A stretch of 64,000 nucleotides of DNA from Diplonema japonicum. Taxonomy: Eukaryota; Protista; Euglenozoa: Diplonemea. Location: assembly GCA_964019335.1 (NCBI GenBank), contig OZ025734.1, positions 62,001 to 126,000 of the forward strand. The letters run 5' to 3'. This document shows, piece by piece, positions 33,039 to 45,559 of this stretch (position 1 is the stretch's first letter; every line of letters begins with the position of its first letter). Both the position numbers and the translations under genes were made by a program. The notes beneath the pieces are model-generated. The model saw only the letters and a program-made list of their open reading frames with translations, was not told the DNA's origin and ran no database searches.

Positions 33039-34115
33039 TTACGAAGGCAGCAACGAATCAGACTGCTTACCAAACAGCCGCGTGAGACAGTTTGAAACGG
33101 TGGGCTTACGCTTCCCAGGCTTCACGAGCTCCCGTACCTCTTCCCTTAACGTGAGGGAAGTGCACGCCAACCTAACATAATGCGACGCCATGCCACACGA
33201 CCAACACCCCCCTAGACACCCTACCATGGCCGAAGCAAACATCGAAATAATTGTGAATACAGGCAAACCCGGACCCACATCCGACCAATCATGGTTGATG
33301 AGAAAATAAGCAGAAGAGAAAAAAACAACGGCAGACTGCGTTCCGAGAAGCAAGAGAAGGAACGTGAAGAACCGGTAAGTCCGTTCTGCCACACAGCAAC
33401 CCACCACAGGGCAATGATGGTCGTACTCCTTAACACACCAACCGCAATTTGTACAATGAGCAGCCCTCGGAGGTCTGTGAATTTCGCATGTATTGCACCA
33501 TCTCCATACAACAAGTTCTCCTGTACCCCCTGCGACAAGACCCACATAGTCTTTATCTGTTACGTTCATGCCGTTCACCATCGTGTTAACATGAGATATT
33601 ACAAGATTCGGGGTTTTTGGAAACTGCGGGTGCGTTGTGCCTCTTGGGACCACACCAGGGTCGACACATTGTGCTTTTAACAGAACCGCCAGTGTGGCCA
33701 AGTATAGGATTGTTAAAATGACAATAATCCACACATGGTCGTGTGCTGGTGTGAACACGGAGTAACCCACCACTGTTAGAGTGTCTACTAGACCGACTAA
33801 CCAGCCTCCCCATATGTATGGGGTCACAATGCACCCGTAGATTGTCCGCCGTGCTTTGCCGAGTTCTTTCTCCTTTGGTTCCAGGCAGCCCATTGCCAAG
33901 CATGCGAACCCACCCATTGGTGTTACATCGTTATCTTTGTGTACACGTGGCCGGTGGTACGGATGCTGCGGAGGGCTAACAGCCGGTGCGGGTAAGGGTT
34001 GTGCTGTTGATGCTGTTGATGCTACGGTGTCGATCGTGAGTGGGACTGGGACCGGGACTGGCGGCTGCGGTTTTTGGTTGACCGACTCACCCTCCTGCAG
34101 CATCGGCTCGGTCAT
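33039..34115 (-). CDS. DHHC palmitoyltransferase
   Basis: DPGVVPR, WCNTCEIHRPPRAAHCTNCGWCVKEYDHHCPVVGCCV and four TM segments. Confidence 0.95.
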   Translation of the reverse strand: MTEPMLQEGESVNQKPQPPVPVPVPLTIDTVASTASTAQPLPAPAVSPPQHPYHRPRVHKDNDVTPMGGFACLAMGCLEPKEKELGKARRTIYGCIVTPYIWGGWLVGLVDTLTVVGYSVFTPAHDHVWIIVILTILYLATLAVLLKAQCVDPGVVPRGTTHPQFPKTPNLVISHVNTMVNGMNVTDKDYVGLVAGGTGELVVWRWCNTCEIHRPPRAAHCTNCGWCVKEYDHHCPVVGCCVAERTYRFFTFLLLLLGTQSAVVFFSSAYFLINHDWSDVGPGLPVFTIISMFASAMVGCLGGCWSCGMASHYVRLACTSLTLREEVRELVKPGKRKPTVSNCLTRLFGKQSDSLLPS

Positions 34116-34203
34116 GAAAAATGTGGTGGGTCGGGTTTGCGTTGTTTTTTTACCCTTCCCACACCGTGAAAAAAAAAACCCCCCCTCAACACTCCTCCTG
34201 GTG

Positions 34204-34241
<38 letters not shown>

Positions 34242-34383
34242 CTTGCCCTGAGAATTAAGTATAAAAAAAAAATTGAAGGAAAGAAAAAAAAAAGAAGAAA
34301 AAAAAGAAAAAAAAAGGTGGGATAAAGCATGTTCCTTTTTTTTTTTTTTAATTATTATTTTCTTTTTTTTTTTTCTTTTTTAT

Positions 34384-37185
34384 TTACTTCCGGACCCGCT
34401 TCTCCATCGTCTGTGCTGTCGGTGTGCTTCCTCGTTTTTTCCCGAAAGAGAGCTCGAGAAGCGGCGCGGGGGACGGCTTCTTCTTGGTTTTCGCAACCCC
34501 GCCGCCGGTTCCATTGATCTCCCCTGCACTCTTCCCACCGAACGACAATTCTAAAAATCCGTGACGGGGCTTTTTTGCCGGAATTGGGCTGCTTTGAGAA
34601 GACCGCTTCTTCCCTGACTTCGCATCATATGGCAGATCAAGGTCGATAACTTGATCATCTTCGTCATCATCATCATCATCGGCCTCAAGACTGACTACGG
34701 CTGTCGGGGGAAGACAAGCGGGAGTACCGACAAGGCTATTTTTGAACCTCTGCCAGTATATTGCATCAGGTTCGGTAGAGTCCCCGGCACCAATAGTCAC
34801 CTCTGAAAAATTTCGAATATCCTGGAGAACATCCGAGGCCTGCATGGCGTTGTCGGCTTTGCCAAGAATATCGTCAGCGGAGCTCGCGTACAGACATTCG
34901 TCCTCTTCCTGCGACTGCTGTTCGTTCTTCATCATATTATACGCACCGTGGCGAAGGAAGGATCTCAACTTCGAATCCGAGGGTTTTAGATCCGTTTCTG
35001 TCGTGAGAATAGACGATGAGAGAGCCAGCTTCCTGCTTGCCGTATCGACCATTCTCTCTTCAAAAGTGTCAAGACTCACAAAACGGAATATTTTAACCTC
35101 TTTTTCCTGTCCAATACGGTGTGCCCTTGCTGCAGCTTGTAAATCAAGCTGTGGGTTCCAGTCTGTGTCGTAGATGACAACACGGTCCGCGACTGTGAGA
35201 TTCAACCCTACACCGCCTGCTCTTGTAGTTAGAAGAAACACGAAGGGATCTGTCCCGGGTTGACTGAACTCAGAGACTGCTTTTTTTCTGGCCTCGTTGC
35301 CGACACCGCCGTCGAGCCGCACCCATCCCCACGAACGGAATCTTAAGTTTTCCTCGATGATGTCGAGCACGCGCTTCCATTGACTGAACACAAGAACTTT
35401 TCTACCTTCCATCCGCCATTTTTGTAGAACTTTATCGAGGACAACCGCCTTCGCACAGCAGGATATGGAACACGGGAGGTCTGTTTGTTGTACTCTCGCG
35501 GCGGCCATTTCACGAACGCCCTCTATGAGGAAAGGGTGGTTGCAAACTGAGCGGAGCTGTGAGACGAGATGGCTCAGCCCTGAACGATTTCCTATGAGCG
35601 TCGCGATGTTTCGTTCGATGATTGAGCTGTAGATGACACGCTGGAAGGCGGTCAACGCGATTTTGATGTGTGTGTCGGTCCTGGTAGGAAGTTCGCCGTC
35701 GAGCTCTTCCTTAGTACGACGGAGGATGTAAGGTTGAATGACATTTCTGATTGAAGATAACGTGGCCGATACACCAGATCGGGTTTCAAGAGGTGCGCAG
35801 AATGATTTTTTACCAGCGGGTGTGAAATTCGCGGGGTGTGCGATGTGGAGGAGCGCCCAGAGTTCTTGTGTGTTGTTTTGAACGGGTGTGCCTGTTAGAA
35901 GGATTTTTGATTTCGCGCGGAGTTTTTTCGCGGACGACCAGAGGTTCCCGTTCACTTTTTTTAAACGGTGAGCTTCATCAAACACCACAACCGACCATCT
36001 CGCATTGCTCAACCCCGCCTCCCGCTCACGAAGCACCGTCTCGTACGTTGTAATCACAACGTGCGGCAAAATGCTCCTGTTTTTTAAGATTTCGAACTCC
36101 GCGGCAACCTTTCGAACCTCAGGCACCCCGTAGTAACAAGCTATGTTCAGTCCTGACCATGATTTAAACTCTGCTTCCCAGTGAGCGAGTAGAGTGAGCG
36201 GGACAACCACCATGTGCGGGCCCAAACACCCGTATTTCTCATGAAGATTGTTCAAAAAAACTATCGTTTGGATTGTCTTCCCAAGCCCCATATCATCAGC
36301 TAGAATACCCCCGTGGCCGGCTGTGTACAAATTTTCAAGCCATGCTACACCTTGTTCTTGATACCCACGAAGGATAGGGGTTTTAAGAGGGGCGGAGGGC
36401 CGGCGGGACATGTAATTACGGTGGTTGTCGAGGTGCTTCTCGGGAATATCATGGAGGGGTTCCCACGTGCATTCAGAGTGCTGTAGACCTTTCCACATCA
36501 CGAGAGCCTTTCCGGCTTCTTGCGACATTCCAATGATCTTGTCGATTATGGTGTAAGATTCGGGGAAGGGAGGTTCGGTTGGTTCGTAGTCGGCGAAGGG
36601 TGGGATGCTGTTCTTTGCTTGATGCCGTTTAACGCGTTGCGAGATTCTTGCCTCGTCGAAGGTGCTCACGGCCTCATCGCGGGTCCACCATCGTGCTTTA
36701 GAATATGGCCGTTTTTTGAGTTTTAAAAGATATTCTTCGTTCCCCTGCTTGCGCCGAATTGCGAGAACGGCTTGCAACGCAGGGCCTGACCCTGGCAATA
36801 GAACGTCTGATAGACCACTACTGCATATTGTGCTTCCATCCTGCGGTTGTCGTCCTGATGTTTGCTTTTTTTGTCGTGTTGGTTTTTCGTATTCCAGACT
36901 GCAGTCAGACAGTGGTGCCTCATTGTCTGAACCCGATTCATGTGAAGAAGAAGATGAGGAGGAGGAAGAGGATGATGAAGACATCATTCTCTGTGCTGCC
37001 ACAGCCGCTGCTCGTTGTCGTCTCATGACGCCACCTTGGAAGGCACCGCTTCCGTTGCTGTCAAGGACCAAACTTGATGATTTTGGCTGGGTTGTATTGC
37101 CTGTGCCCAGGTCAATGCTGCCTTCTTGAGCCACATATGCTTGGGGGGATTGGTATCCTTGCCATCTCAATCCTCCCCCTGACAT
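34384..37185 (-). CDS. CHD-type SNF2 chromatin remodeller (two chromodomain-like segments plus helicase)
   Basis: EEYLLKLK..YSKARW, ALVMWKGLQHSECTWEP, GILADDMGLGKTIQT, DEAHRLK, LLTGTPVQNN, TTRAGGVGLNL, DWNPQLDLQAAARAHRIGQ. Confidence 0.93.
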   Translation of the reverse strand: MSGGGLRWQGYQSPQAYVAQEGSIDLGTGNTTQPKSSSLVLDSNGSGAFQGGVMRRQRAAAVAAQRMMSSSSSSSSSSSSSHESGSDNEAPLSDCSLEYEKPTRQKKQTSGRQPQDGSTICSSGLSDVLLPGSGPALQAVLAIRRKQGNEEYLLKLKKRPYSKARWWTRDEAVSTFDEARISQRVKRHQAKNSIPPFADYEPTEPPFPESYTIIDKIIGMSQEAGKALVMWKGLQHSECTWEPLHDIPEKHLDNHRNYMSRRPSAPLKTPILRGYQEQGVAWLENLYTAGHGGILADDMGLGKTIQTIVFLNNLHEKYGCLGPHMVVVPLTLLAHWEAEFKSWSGLNIACYYGVPEVRKVAAEFEILKNRSILPHVVITTYETVLREREAGLSNARWSVVVFDEAHRLKKVNGNLWSSAKKLRAKSKILLTGTPVQNNTQELWALLHIAHPANFTPAGKKSFCAPLETRSGVSATLSSIRNVIQPYILRRTKEELDGELPTRTDTHIKIALTAFQRVIYSSIIERNIATLIGNRSGLSHLVSQLRSVCNHPFLIEGVREMAAARVQQTDLPCSISCCAKAVVLDKVLQKWRMEGRKVLVFSQWKRVLDIIEENLRFRSWGWVRLDGGVGNEARKKAVSEFSQPGTDPFVFLLTTRAGGVGLNLTVADRVVIYDTDWNPQLDLQAAARAHRIGQEKEVKIFRFVSLDTFEERMVDTASRKLALSSSILTTETDLKPSDSKLRSFLRHGAYNMMKNEQQSQEEDECLYASSADDILGKADNAMQASDVLQDIRNFSEVTIGAGDSTEPDAIYWQRFKNSLVGTPACLPPTAVVSLEADDDDDDEDDQVIDLDLPYDAKSGKKRSSQSSPIPAKKPRHGFLELSFGGKSAGEINGTGGGVAKTKKKPSPAPLLELSFGKKRGSTPTAQTMEKRVRK

Positions 37186-37291
37186 TCTCTTTTTTTTTTC
37201 TCCCTCCCACCTTTTTTTTTTTTTTTTTTTACCCTTGTTTTTTTTTGTTGGTTTGAAGAAGTAGGGGGGGGGGGGGGGGGGGGGGCATTGG

Positions 37292-37322
<31 letters not shown>

Positions 37323-37386
37323 GGGAGAAACGCAAATTCATATTTTCGGATGTTTTGATGAAGATGAGGTTTGGGGTGGTAGAGGA

Positions 37387-37417
<31 letters not shown>

Positions 37418-38012
37418 CATTCCCCTCATCTTTTTAAAAAAAACTTTTTTTTTTTTTCTTCTACCCGTCGAACCTTTTGAGGGAGGAGAGGAGGAAAAGT
37501 ACCAGACTGTGGACCTCTCAAAAGGAAGCGGGGAAAAAAAAAAAAAAAAAATGGGGAGGGTGTATGAAGGAACGTGTGTGAAGCACAGCGGGAAAGGGGG
37601 AGGAAGCGATGGGAATCAAAAAGAAGAAGAAGAAGAAGAAAAAAACAATACGCTGTATATTGCCCTTTTATTCTTTTTTCTTTTCTCACTCTTCTTTTCC
37701 CTCCCTTAAGCTTCTCCTCGTATTAATGGCTTTTTCTTTTTTTGCCGTTTTTTTTATTTCTTTTCTTCTTCCCAACTCTCCCCTTCTGTCTCATATCTTT
37801 TTTTTTTTTTTAAACCCCTTTCCAAGAACCAAGGAAAACCAATTGGAAACCTGTGATCTTTTTTTTTTACCTCAGAAAGGGGAAGATGGGGGGAGAGGGT
37901 AAAAATACAAAAAAAAAAAAAAGAGAGAAAAAAAAAAGGGGAAGAAAATGGGAACATCGTCCAAACCTTGTCCGAAAAAAAAAAAAAAAAAAAGCGCGAG
38001 AAATCTTCACTT

Positions 38013-38061
<49 letters not shown>

Positions 38062-38094
38062 AGAGGGAACAAAAAAAAAAAAAAAAAAAAAAAA

Positions 38095-38948
38095 TCAACA
38101 AGCCCCATAGTTCGCTCCTTCACCGTTTTTACTGGATTGATGTATCAGTTGAGATTCCTCATCATGCGGCATTTTCATACTCATTTCAACAGGCGACGCC
38201 CCATCGTTGAACACACTGTGGGAATGCCCGGCTTTGTTCTTGACAGGCCTCGCCGCAAGAATCGACAAAAAGATTTCAAACACGGCTTTGAAAGCGAAAT
38301 TGTACATGTACAGAGAAACAACGTCTGTGGTCGTTAAAAACGAGAGGTAGTGCGGCAAAGCATGTCCGACCCATTTCGTTGACTGAAACTGCACTCCATC
38401 AGCGAGAAGCTTTGCAGGGACGTTCCCGATGTACCCACCATCTCTCATAATCTGTACTCCAGAAAGAACACCGAGCGACTCACCCGGTGAAAAAACCAGC
38501 TCAGCCCATAACCACTTATAAAACGCATTCTCTGGGTTGGGTGCACCCGGGTACATCCAGTTCAGGAACAGCAGTTTTGGCATGTGGTAGGGCCCGTTGT
38601 ACAAAAAGTGGACAGCAGCGTATCTGAAAGTTCTTCCTGTAAAATCGTGGCGGGCTTTGATGGTCTCCCACAGCCCTTTGTCGCCTTTTCTGTAGACACT
38701 CTCACTCACCTGCGACAGTGTGTCATAAAGCATAGCAAAGGTACCGCTGATGCAAGCCAGCTTCACCACCAATACCAGTGTGTCTTTTACGTCTAGCCCC
38801 GCCCACCAGCACACTGTCAGACTCACTACCGCCGGTGCCACCATGTACAGAGCCAAATGCAGCCTCAGCCTTATAACCATGCTTGCGGTTCGCCGGAGGT
38901 GCCTTGAAGCACGCCGTGTCCAGTGGTCGTTTTCCCCTGCAGTCTCGC

Positions 38949-38952
<4 letters not shown>
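38095..38952 (-). CDS. Mpv17/PMP22-like membrane protein
   Basis: DTLSQ...RTFRYAAVHFLYNGP...KWLWAELVFSP...FLSIL pattern with several TM segments. Confidence 0.65.
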
Positions 38953-38992
<40 letters not shown>

Positions 38993-39540
38993 TGTGTTTT
39001 GTTGTGTTTACCTTTTTTTTTTTTTTTTTTTTTTTTAAAGGTCTAGACAAGGGCGGGAGAGAAAAAAAAAAAAAAACAGAAAAAAAAAAAAGACCATCGT
39101 TCTCCCCTATCTTTTTTTTTTTTTTTTTGAAATTACTGTGTAGGTGAAACCGGTACGGGTGGGAGGGGGGTAAAAAAAAAGGGTGGGGAGAGAGTGGAAA
39201 AAAAAAAGGTGGGTCCTTTTTTTTGTTTTTTTTTTTTTTTTTTCCAGCCAACTGTAAAACGAAAAGCCTTTTCGTCAAGAAAGAGTGCGGACGTCGTTCC
39301 TGGAGGCTTTTTGGTCTTTCGTTTGCTTCTGGTAATTTTCCAACCAGCTCAACAACATGATTAAGACTTGGACTTGCCAAAGAAATCAAAGGGAGTGGTA
39401 GTCTGCAGTACGCGACAGACTGCCCTTACACAATTCTTTCTTTGCATCTTTCCATTTTAAAACCATCAACCACTGGGCCAGTGGTGTAGAAAGCTATTTC
39501 TTGGCGAAAGTCTTTTCGTTTTACAGCAAAAAAAAAATGG

Positions 39541-39571
<31 letters not shown>

Positions 39572-39833
39572 GAGAAAGAAAAACGGGGAGAAGAGGGAGG
39601 GTAGGGAAGGAGGGAGGGAGACAGTTTTTTCTTTAAAAAAAAAAAAAAATTGTTCCCCCTCCCTCTTTTTTGAGTGGAATCTTTTTTTAAAGAAAACTTT
39701 TTTTTTAAAAAATAAAAAAGAAAACTAGCGAGATGGTATTTTTTTTTTTTGTTTTTTTTTTTTTTTTTTTTTTTTTTAATTCCTCCCTTCCCTTCACCTT
39801 TTCTTTTTTCTGTTTTTTTTTTCTTTTTCTTTT

Positions 39834-40426
39834 TTAAGTCGCGGTGGACCCCACATCACCAGGCGATATGGTGCCCCCGATCCCCATTCCGTGAAGAGGA
39901 ACAGGAATGTTGGAGCTGCCTTTGGCACTATTGTTAAAATGTGGGAGCGGCACAGCAGGGGGCAGAACTACGAGGGCATTTTTTTTTTTTTTTTTTTTTT
40001 TTTGATTACCTGGCATTTGCTGCTGGGGTGCCACAGGAGTCTCAGAAAGCTGAGCTGCCTGCACGATTGCCTTCAGCAGTACTTGAGGAACATCAATATT
40101 CCTCTCCTGACATCTTTTCACAGCAGTATTAACGAGACTCACCAAATTGTTAACTTCATGCTATGGGAAATATAGTTTTTTTTTTTCTCTTTTTTTTTTT
40201 TTTTTTCCCACACCATATGCCTCTTTAAATCCTCTACTGCCGCCAGTTCAAGTTCCTTCATGAGCGCCTCAAGTTCATCTGCAGCCTGGTCCCCGTCCTT
40301 AACGTGCTGTGCTGCCTTTTTTTTCGCTCTCTTTGCCGCCTCGCTTTCCATTTCTTCCCTTATCCTCATCAACTCCTCGTATTTCTGCTGCTCAGCGAGG
40401 AGCTCTCGCTGCTCTGCCATGTTCAT
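39834..40426 (-). CDS. Hypothetical protein, 3 exons
   Basis: GT-AG introns 40161-40213 and 39968-40009 join MNMAEQRELL...LKRHM, HEVNNLVSLV...QQMP and VLPPAVP...TAT*. Confidence 0.7.
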
Positions 40427-40822
40427 TTGTCCCTCCCCTCCTCTTTCTCTGTAAATAAAAAAATGTTTGAAACATATACTACAAAAAAAAAATAATAATA
40501 ACACATTCGATTTGAGCACCGAAACGGAAACAATACGAGGAAAAGGGGGAGGTGGTGGAGGAGGAGGATCCCTTTGTTGAGCGGGAGGGAAAAAAAAAAG
40601 CATAGTATGCATAATATGTTGTTTTTTTTTTCTTTTTTTTTTTCCCTCTTGCATAATGCCTCTCCTCCCCCTCCCCCCCCCCCTCCCACACTCCACTAAA
40701 AAGAAAAAAAAATTGAAATTCAGCCATTTCAACTCAAATACAAACTAAAAAAAAAAAAACAAAAAACAAAAACACGTGGATATTTAATCCAGCGCTTACA
40801 ACAGGGGAAAAAAAAAAAAAAA

Positions 40823-42184
40823 TCAAAGCAGCTCAACCAGCAAACGTAAGTCGTCGAATGTGGGTCGGGATTCAAGCCTCCGGTGGCACGTTACGGTAAT
40901 CGCCGACAAGCGACCAGAAGTAGCCGCGGTGCACCCCGTTCCACACCATTCCCGGAGGTCGTCGGCCAGCGTCCCGAAAGCACGCACCTCGACCGCCTGG
41001 ACAACACGCTGTAGATCATGTGGAACGAACCAACTCGCTCCAAAATCAGATAATTTCACATTGTAGTCACCACCAGGCGTCTCTGTCCACAAAATATTAT
41101 GAGCATACAAATCGCCATGAGCCACCCCCCGACTATGGAGGTACACCATTGCACGGTACACAGCATTGAGAGCCGACACAACAAGGTTCTCGGTTATCTC
41201 GAAGTTCGGTTTTATGTTTCGCACGACAGTGTCCATTGAAGGAGGGCGGCCGAGACCCTTCGCACCGTCGACGAGTTCCACCACTACACCCAATGGATTC
41301 TCTATTATACCATAGGCTAGGACAATATCGTCATGGTGGATTCTCTTAAGGATCTCGATTTCATCCGTGGACTTTCCGTCAGAAGAGGCTTGTTTAAACG
41401 TTTTCACGGCAACCTTGTGTCCCTGCCATGTGCCTTCTTGAACGGTTCCGCTTGCACCGGAACCGAGGTAGCCTTTCATGTGGATGGTGTTTTTGTGAAT
41501 TAAATCGAGAAGGATCTCCCCGCGATCCGAGTTTCGTTGAATACGAGTTCCGCTGCACGCGATCCAAGCGAGTGTTCGACCGGACCATAAGGAGTGTGTA
41601 GTGGGGAGGTTTTGTAAATTCGGGTTTGCTGATATCCGTATCAGTTCGAGTGTGTCAACGGGTAGGTCGACGGGGACCTCTGTTAATTTGTTGTGCGACA
41701 ACATTAATTTCCGTAAATTTATCAAATTGTCAAGGTTCTGCAGGCTTTCAATAGAGTTGTCGGTGAACACAACAGACGTCAAGGAGGTAGGAAGGTCATT
41801 TCCGTTGACATGCTTCAACCCGCATCCTCGCATTCCTAGAAAATGCAGTGATGACATCGTGGTCAGGTCTCCTGTAGCCGTGAGGCCTTTGTTTCCTCCA
41901 AGAAGCAGTATTTTGAGGTTTTGGTGGACCGGGGTGGTTTCAAGCCCGGTGGACCCCAGGTCGAGCTTTTCTAGTTGGGTGAATTCGGGGAGGGTGGCGA
42001 GGTTGGGGTGTTTGCACCCTGATAGGTCGATCGACTTGGAGGCCCTGTCGTGTTTCGCCAGGTCGCACTGTTTCGTTTTTTTCTTCGCCGGTCTCCGGCC
42101 CAACCCTTCCCTGTAGTACACCGTGCACAGCCCTGTGAGAAGCGTTGCAAGAACCAACCACCGTCGCCCCGTGGCGCCGAGCAT
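40823..42184 (-). CDS. LRR-containing protein kinase with an N-terminal hydrophobic anchor, bacterial-type architecture
   Basis: LRRs followed by LGSGASG, VAVKTFK..SSDG, PPS, HGDLYAHNIL, LSDFGAS and EVRAFG. Confidence 0.85.
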   Translation of the reverse strand: MLGATGRRWLVLATLLTGLCTVYYREGLGRRPAKKKTKQCDLAKHDRASKSIDLSGCKHPNLATLPEFTQLEKLDLGSTGLETTPVHQNLKILLLGGNKGLTATGDLTTMSSLHFLGMRGCGLKHVNGNDLPTSLTSVVFTDNSIESLQNLDNLINLRKLMLSHNKLTEVPVDLPVDTLELIRISANPNLQNLPTTHSLWSGRTLAWIACSGTRIQRNSDRGEILLDLIHKNTIHMKGYLGSGASGTVQEGTWQGHKVAVKTFKQASSDGKSTDEIEILKRIHHDDIVLAYGIIENPLGVVVELVDGAKGLGRPPSMDTVVRNIKPNFEITENLVVSALNAVYRAMVYLHSRGVAHGDLYAHNILWTETPGGDYNVKLSDFGASWFVPHDLQRVVQAVEVRAFGTLADDLREWCGTGCTAATSGRLSAITVTCHRRLESRPTFDDLRLLVELL

Positions 42185-42865
42185 TTCACCCTTTCTTCGT
42201 AAAAATGCCGTTTCTTATTGTTATTATTATTATTTTTTTTTGTTTTTTTTTTCCCCCTTTCTTCTTTTCTTTTCTTCACTCTGAAAAATTGGGTGGGGGG
42301 GGGGACAAAACGATAATCCCCGGATTCCATGGGATCCGTAGCAGCGAAGTCACCGGCCGCGAGACGGGAGAGGAGTGCGAAGCAGGGCTGAGGTAGGGCT
42401 ATCAAGCGAGCCTTGAAAGAATATAGACGATAAAGGGGACTCACGTTTTCATTCACATTTTCGAAAGAGGGAAAAAAAAAAACCCCCCCTCCCTGAGCAA
42501 AAAAAAAATGGAAAGGAACACGCGGACCCCACCCCCCCTTCTTTATTCTTTTCTATTGAGTTCTTCGTATCTGTTGCCACCCCCCTCGCCCTCCCCTCCC
42601 CCGTGGTCATTGACTATTTTCCTTTAGGATTATTATTGTGTGTCATGTGAACCTGTTAACGCAAAGTCCTACCTTGAAGTTTAGAAAAAAAAAAGAATAA
42701 TAATTTTGAACTCGTAGTTTTCTTTCGGGGTTTTTTTTCTTCTTTTTTTTTTTTTTCTCGCTCGAGCAAAGAGGGTGGATTGAAAAGAAAGTGCGAGAAG
42801 CAGGAAGAAAAAAAAAAGAACATCCCCCCCCCTAATAAAAAGTAGAAATAATTCTTTGCTCGGCA

Positions 42866-42911
<46 letters not shown>

Positions 42912-43098
42912 ACGGACGCCAAATTCTAGTTATCATTTCTTTTTTTTCCCCCCTCAACCGACACATACACAAAAAAAAAAAAAAAAAAAAAAAAAAGGCC
43001 ACGCTGATGCTATTTTTTTTGTATCTTCCCCCCCCCCTCCCCCTCCTTCGTAAATATTGGGCGAATCACGAAAATAAATATTTTTTTTCCTCTCTCTC

Positions 43099-43577
43099 TC
43101 AAATCCTCGTATCAGCAGATTCTTGAGCTTGTTTGTCTTCATTGGCGCAACAAGCGACACAGGAAACGAGCAGCGCTACTGTCACAGTGGCTATCCCGGT
43201 GAAGAAGGGGACAAGATGCTTGGCATCGGTGTCCCAGCTGAAGCCCATGCCAAGAGAGCCCACGAAAAAAATGAAGAAGGCTCGGCCCACTTGAGACGCC
43301 AAGCACCCGAGGAGGGGGTCTTTACCGGATTCAGCAGTGGTAAGCTTCGACTGTTTTTTTTTTTTTTTTTTTTTTTTTTTTTCCCTTCACACACCCTGAT
43401 GGAAGGTAAACACGTCACCGTGACCAACATTCCAAAGACACACAAGTAAACAGACAGGAAAATTCTTGACATGTCCTTGTCTTTCCCATATTCGTACACA
43501 CAGAACGCCCCTGCCACAGCATTCGCAACCCCGACTAACATAGTCACTGCATTTGCAGCTGTTGTTTTCTTTGACAT
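43099..43577 (-). CDS. COPI-associated/TVP15-like membrane protein, 2 exons
   Basis: Intron 43351-43394; FLSVYLCVFGML...GCLASQVGRAFFIFFVGSL motif. Confidence 0.7.
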
Positions 43578-44345
43578 ATCTCTGTTGATGGAGATGGGCT
43601 GGTTTTAAAAAAAAAAAAAATCTCAAAAAAAAAAAAATTAACAAAAATCTTTTTTTTTTTTTTTCTTCCCCCCGCTGTACAAAACAACTACAAAAAATAT
43701 TGAAGGAAAAAAAAAAAAGTATTTTTAGAAAGTGAGAAAACTCGATAAAATTTCAGTGTGCATGGGAGTGCTCACTGTTCAGGAAAAAAAAAAAAAAAAA
43801 AAAAAAAATAGATAGAAATATGTTATTTTAAAAAAAAAAAAAAAAAAGGAGAGGTAAAAAAAAGATTTGCCTTCTACACCCTCCCGCGCTACCCGCCAAT
43901 CACTGGGCAAAAAAAAAAAAAAAGAGAAAGGCGAGGGGTTTTTAAAAAAAAGAAAAGTGTGGGTTAGAGTTAAGGCCCATCACTTGGTCAACCTTTAGCC
44001 TTTTTCCTTACCCATTGTGCTGTTAATAATGGTATCCGTGAGAGGGCAAAAAGTACGCAGTTTCTTCTCACCACTAGCACTTTAACTCGCTTTTAAAGGG
44101 AGCTATCGTCACCACACCTGAAACCTAGGCAACCCTTGGTCCCGCTGCCCCCTAAAAAAAATAGAACAGAGGAGGGGAACAGAGTAAGAGATGATCTCGC
44201 CCCCCCCTTCCCCCACTCTTTCTTCTTTTTTCTTTCTTTTTTCATTTTGTTACAAATATTTATCGTTCAAAAAAATGATTTTTTAACTACATGCAACTCG
44301 TGCCGAGCACAAAAATATCGCAGCTTTTTTTTTTTTTTAAAAAAA

Positions 44346-44384
<39 letters not shown>

Positions 44385-44456
44385 CGCCCTTATACAAAAC
44401 AAAAACAAAAAAAATTTTCGGGTGACAAAAAATTAAAAAATTAAAATAAGAAAATA

Positions 44457-44494
<38 letters not shown>

Positions 44495-44497
44495 ATT

Positions 44498-45559
44498 TCA
44501 GGCGAAGGTTCCATCTCGACGGTGCATTCTGTTATTCGCTTCAACATTCTGCAGGGTAAGAGGACTTTGCTGCCCTTGCGCCACCACCACCCGAGAGGCT
44601 GGAGCAGGGGGAACGGAATGAAACGTGTGTGTAAGGGGGTTCTCGTCAATAACAACTACATCCGGACCATCATCAGCAATGGCAGGCTGAGGACGTATGG
44701 CAGCCAGGTAGGGCCTAGGGGGTGTAACCACCGCATGTGGCTGTGTGGTCCGTTCTTGATAGACAAAAGGCGGTTCGGGGTCATAAATACCATTCAATTT
44801 CCCAGAATTTCGAGCCTGCTGGTAATTCCGAACAGCCAACGCCTCATCCCTCCTAGCCACCCACGCTCCGATAATTGCAAGCACGGCCGCGATAAAAAAG
44901 CAAACGAACCCAAAAACCACCAACAAAAACGAAGAACTCAGCTCCACCTCCGAGTCGTACAGCTTCCCACCCGCAACATTGACAGACGGAAAGCTGTCGT
45001 AAAAATCCTTCATTTCACGGAACGAAACAAACGCGAAAACACAAATGGGGATCACACAGAGAACGCACGTCACACAACATATTATAGGAAATGTGGTCAA
45101 GGTGTAACCTATTGCACCCAACACAATGGAAACAACGGAGGAGATCAAGGTGAAGAAGAGGAACACAATGGTGGCGATCACACCGTCACGGAACTCCCTG
45201 CACGAGAAGGACGTTGCAATTGTGTAGGGCCTGTTGTTGAAATCGCAGGCGGAGGACGAGGCGGTGGATACTCTGTCTGTTCGGCATCTTCCAGCGACAA
45301 GGTCGCCGCAGTAGTTTACCCCAGAGGCGTACGTCCACTGCCCAGTGCAGCACACGTCAAACTCCATTCTAAAGAGGCCTATGTTGTGGCCGATGTCGCT
45401 GAACCCTAGGTACTCGCCGGGGGTCGCGCGCACCTCGCCGACGATCCACTTTTCCGTTGCGAGCCCGATCACCACAAGCAGCACGCCCACAGCGTTGAAC
45501 ACCATCGAGAAGTACACCCCGTAGTTCCGCCTTGCTGCTTTCACGGCTTCTTTCGACAT
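44498..45559 (-). CDS. Four-TM claudin/amastin-like membrane protein
   Basis: TM1 followed by ATEKW...IGLF...C...C loop, three further TM segments and a Pro-rich tail. Confidence 0.7.
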   Translation of the reverse strand: MSKEAVKAARRNYGVYFSMVFNAVGVLLVVIGLATEKWIVGEVRATPGEYLGFSDIGHNIGLFRMEFDVCCTGQWTYASGVNYCGDLVAGRCRTDRVSTASSSACDFNNRPYTIATSFSCREFRDGVIATIVFLFFTLISSVVSIVLGAIGYTLTTFPIICCVTCVLCVIPICVFAFVSFREMKDFYDSFPSVNVAGGKLYDSEVELSSSFLLVVFGFVCFFIAAVLAIIGAWVARRDEALAVRNYQQARNSGKLNGIYDPEPPFVYQERTTQPHAVVTPPRPYLAAIRPQPAIADDGPDVVVIDENPLTHTFHSVPPAPASRVVVAQGQQSPLTLQNVEANNRMHRRDGTFA

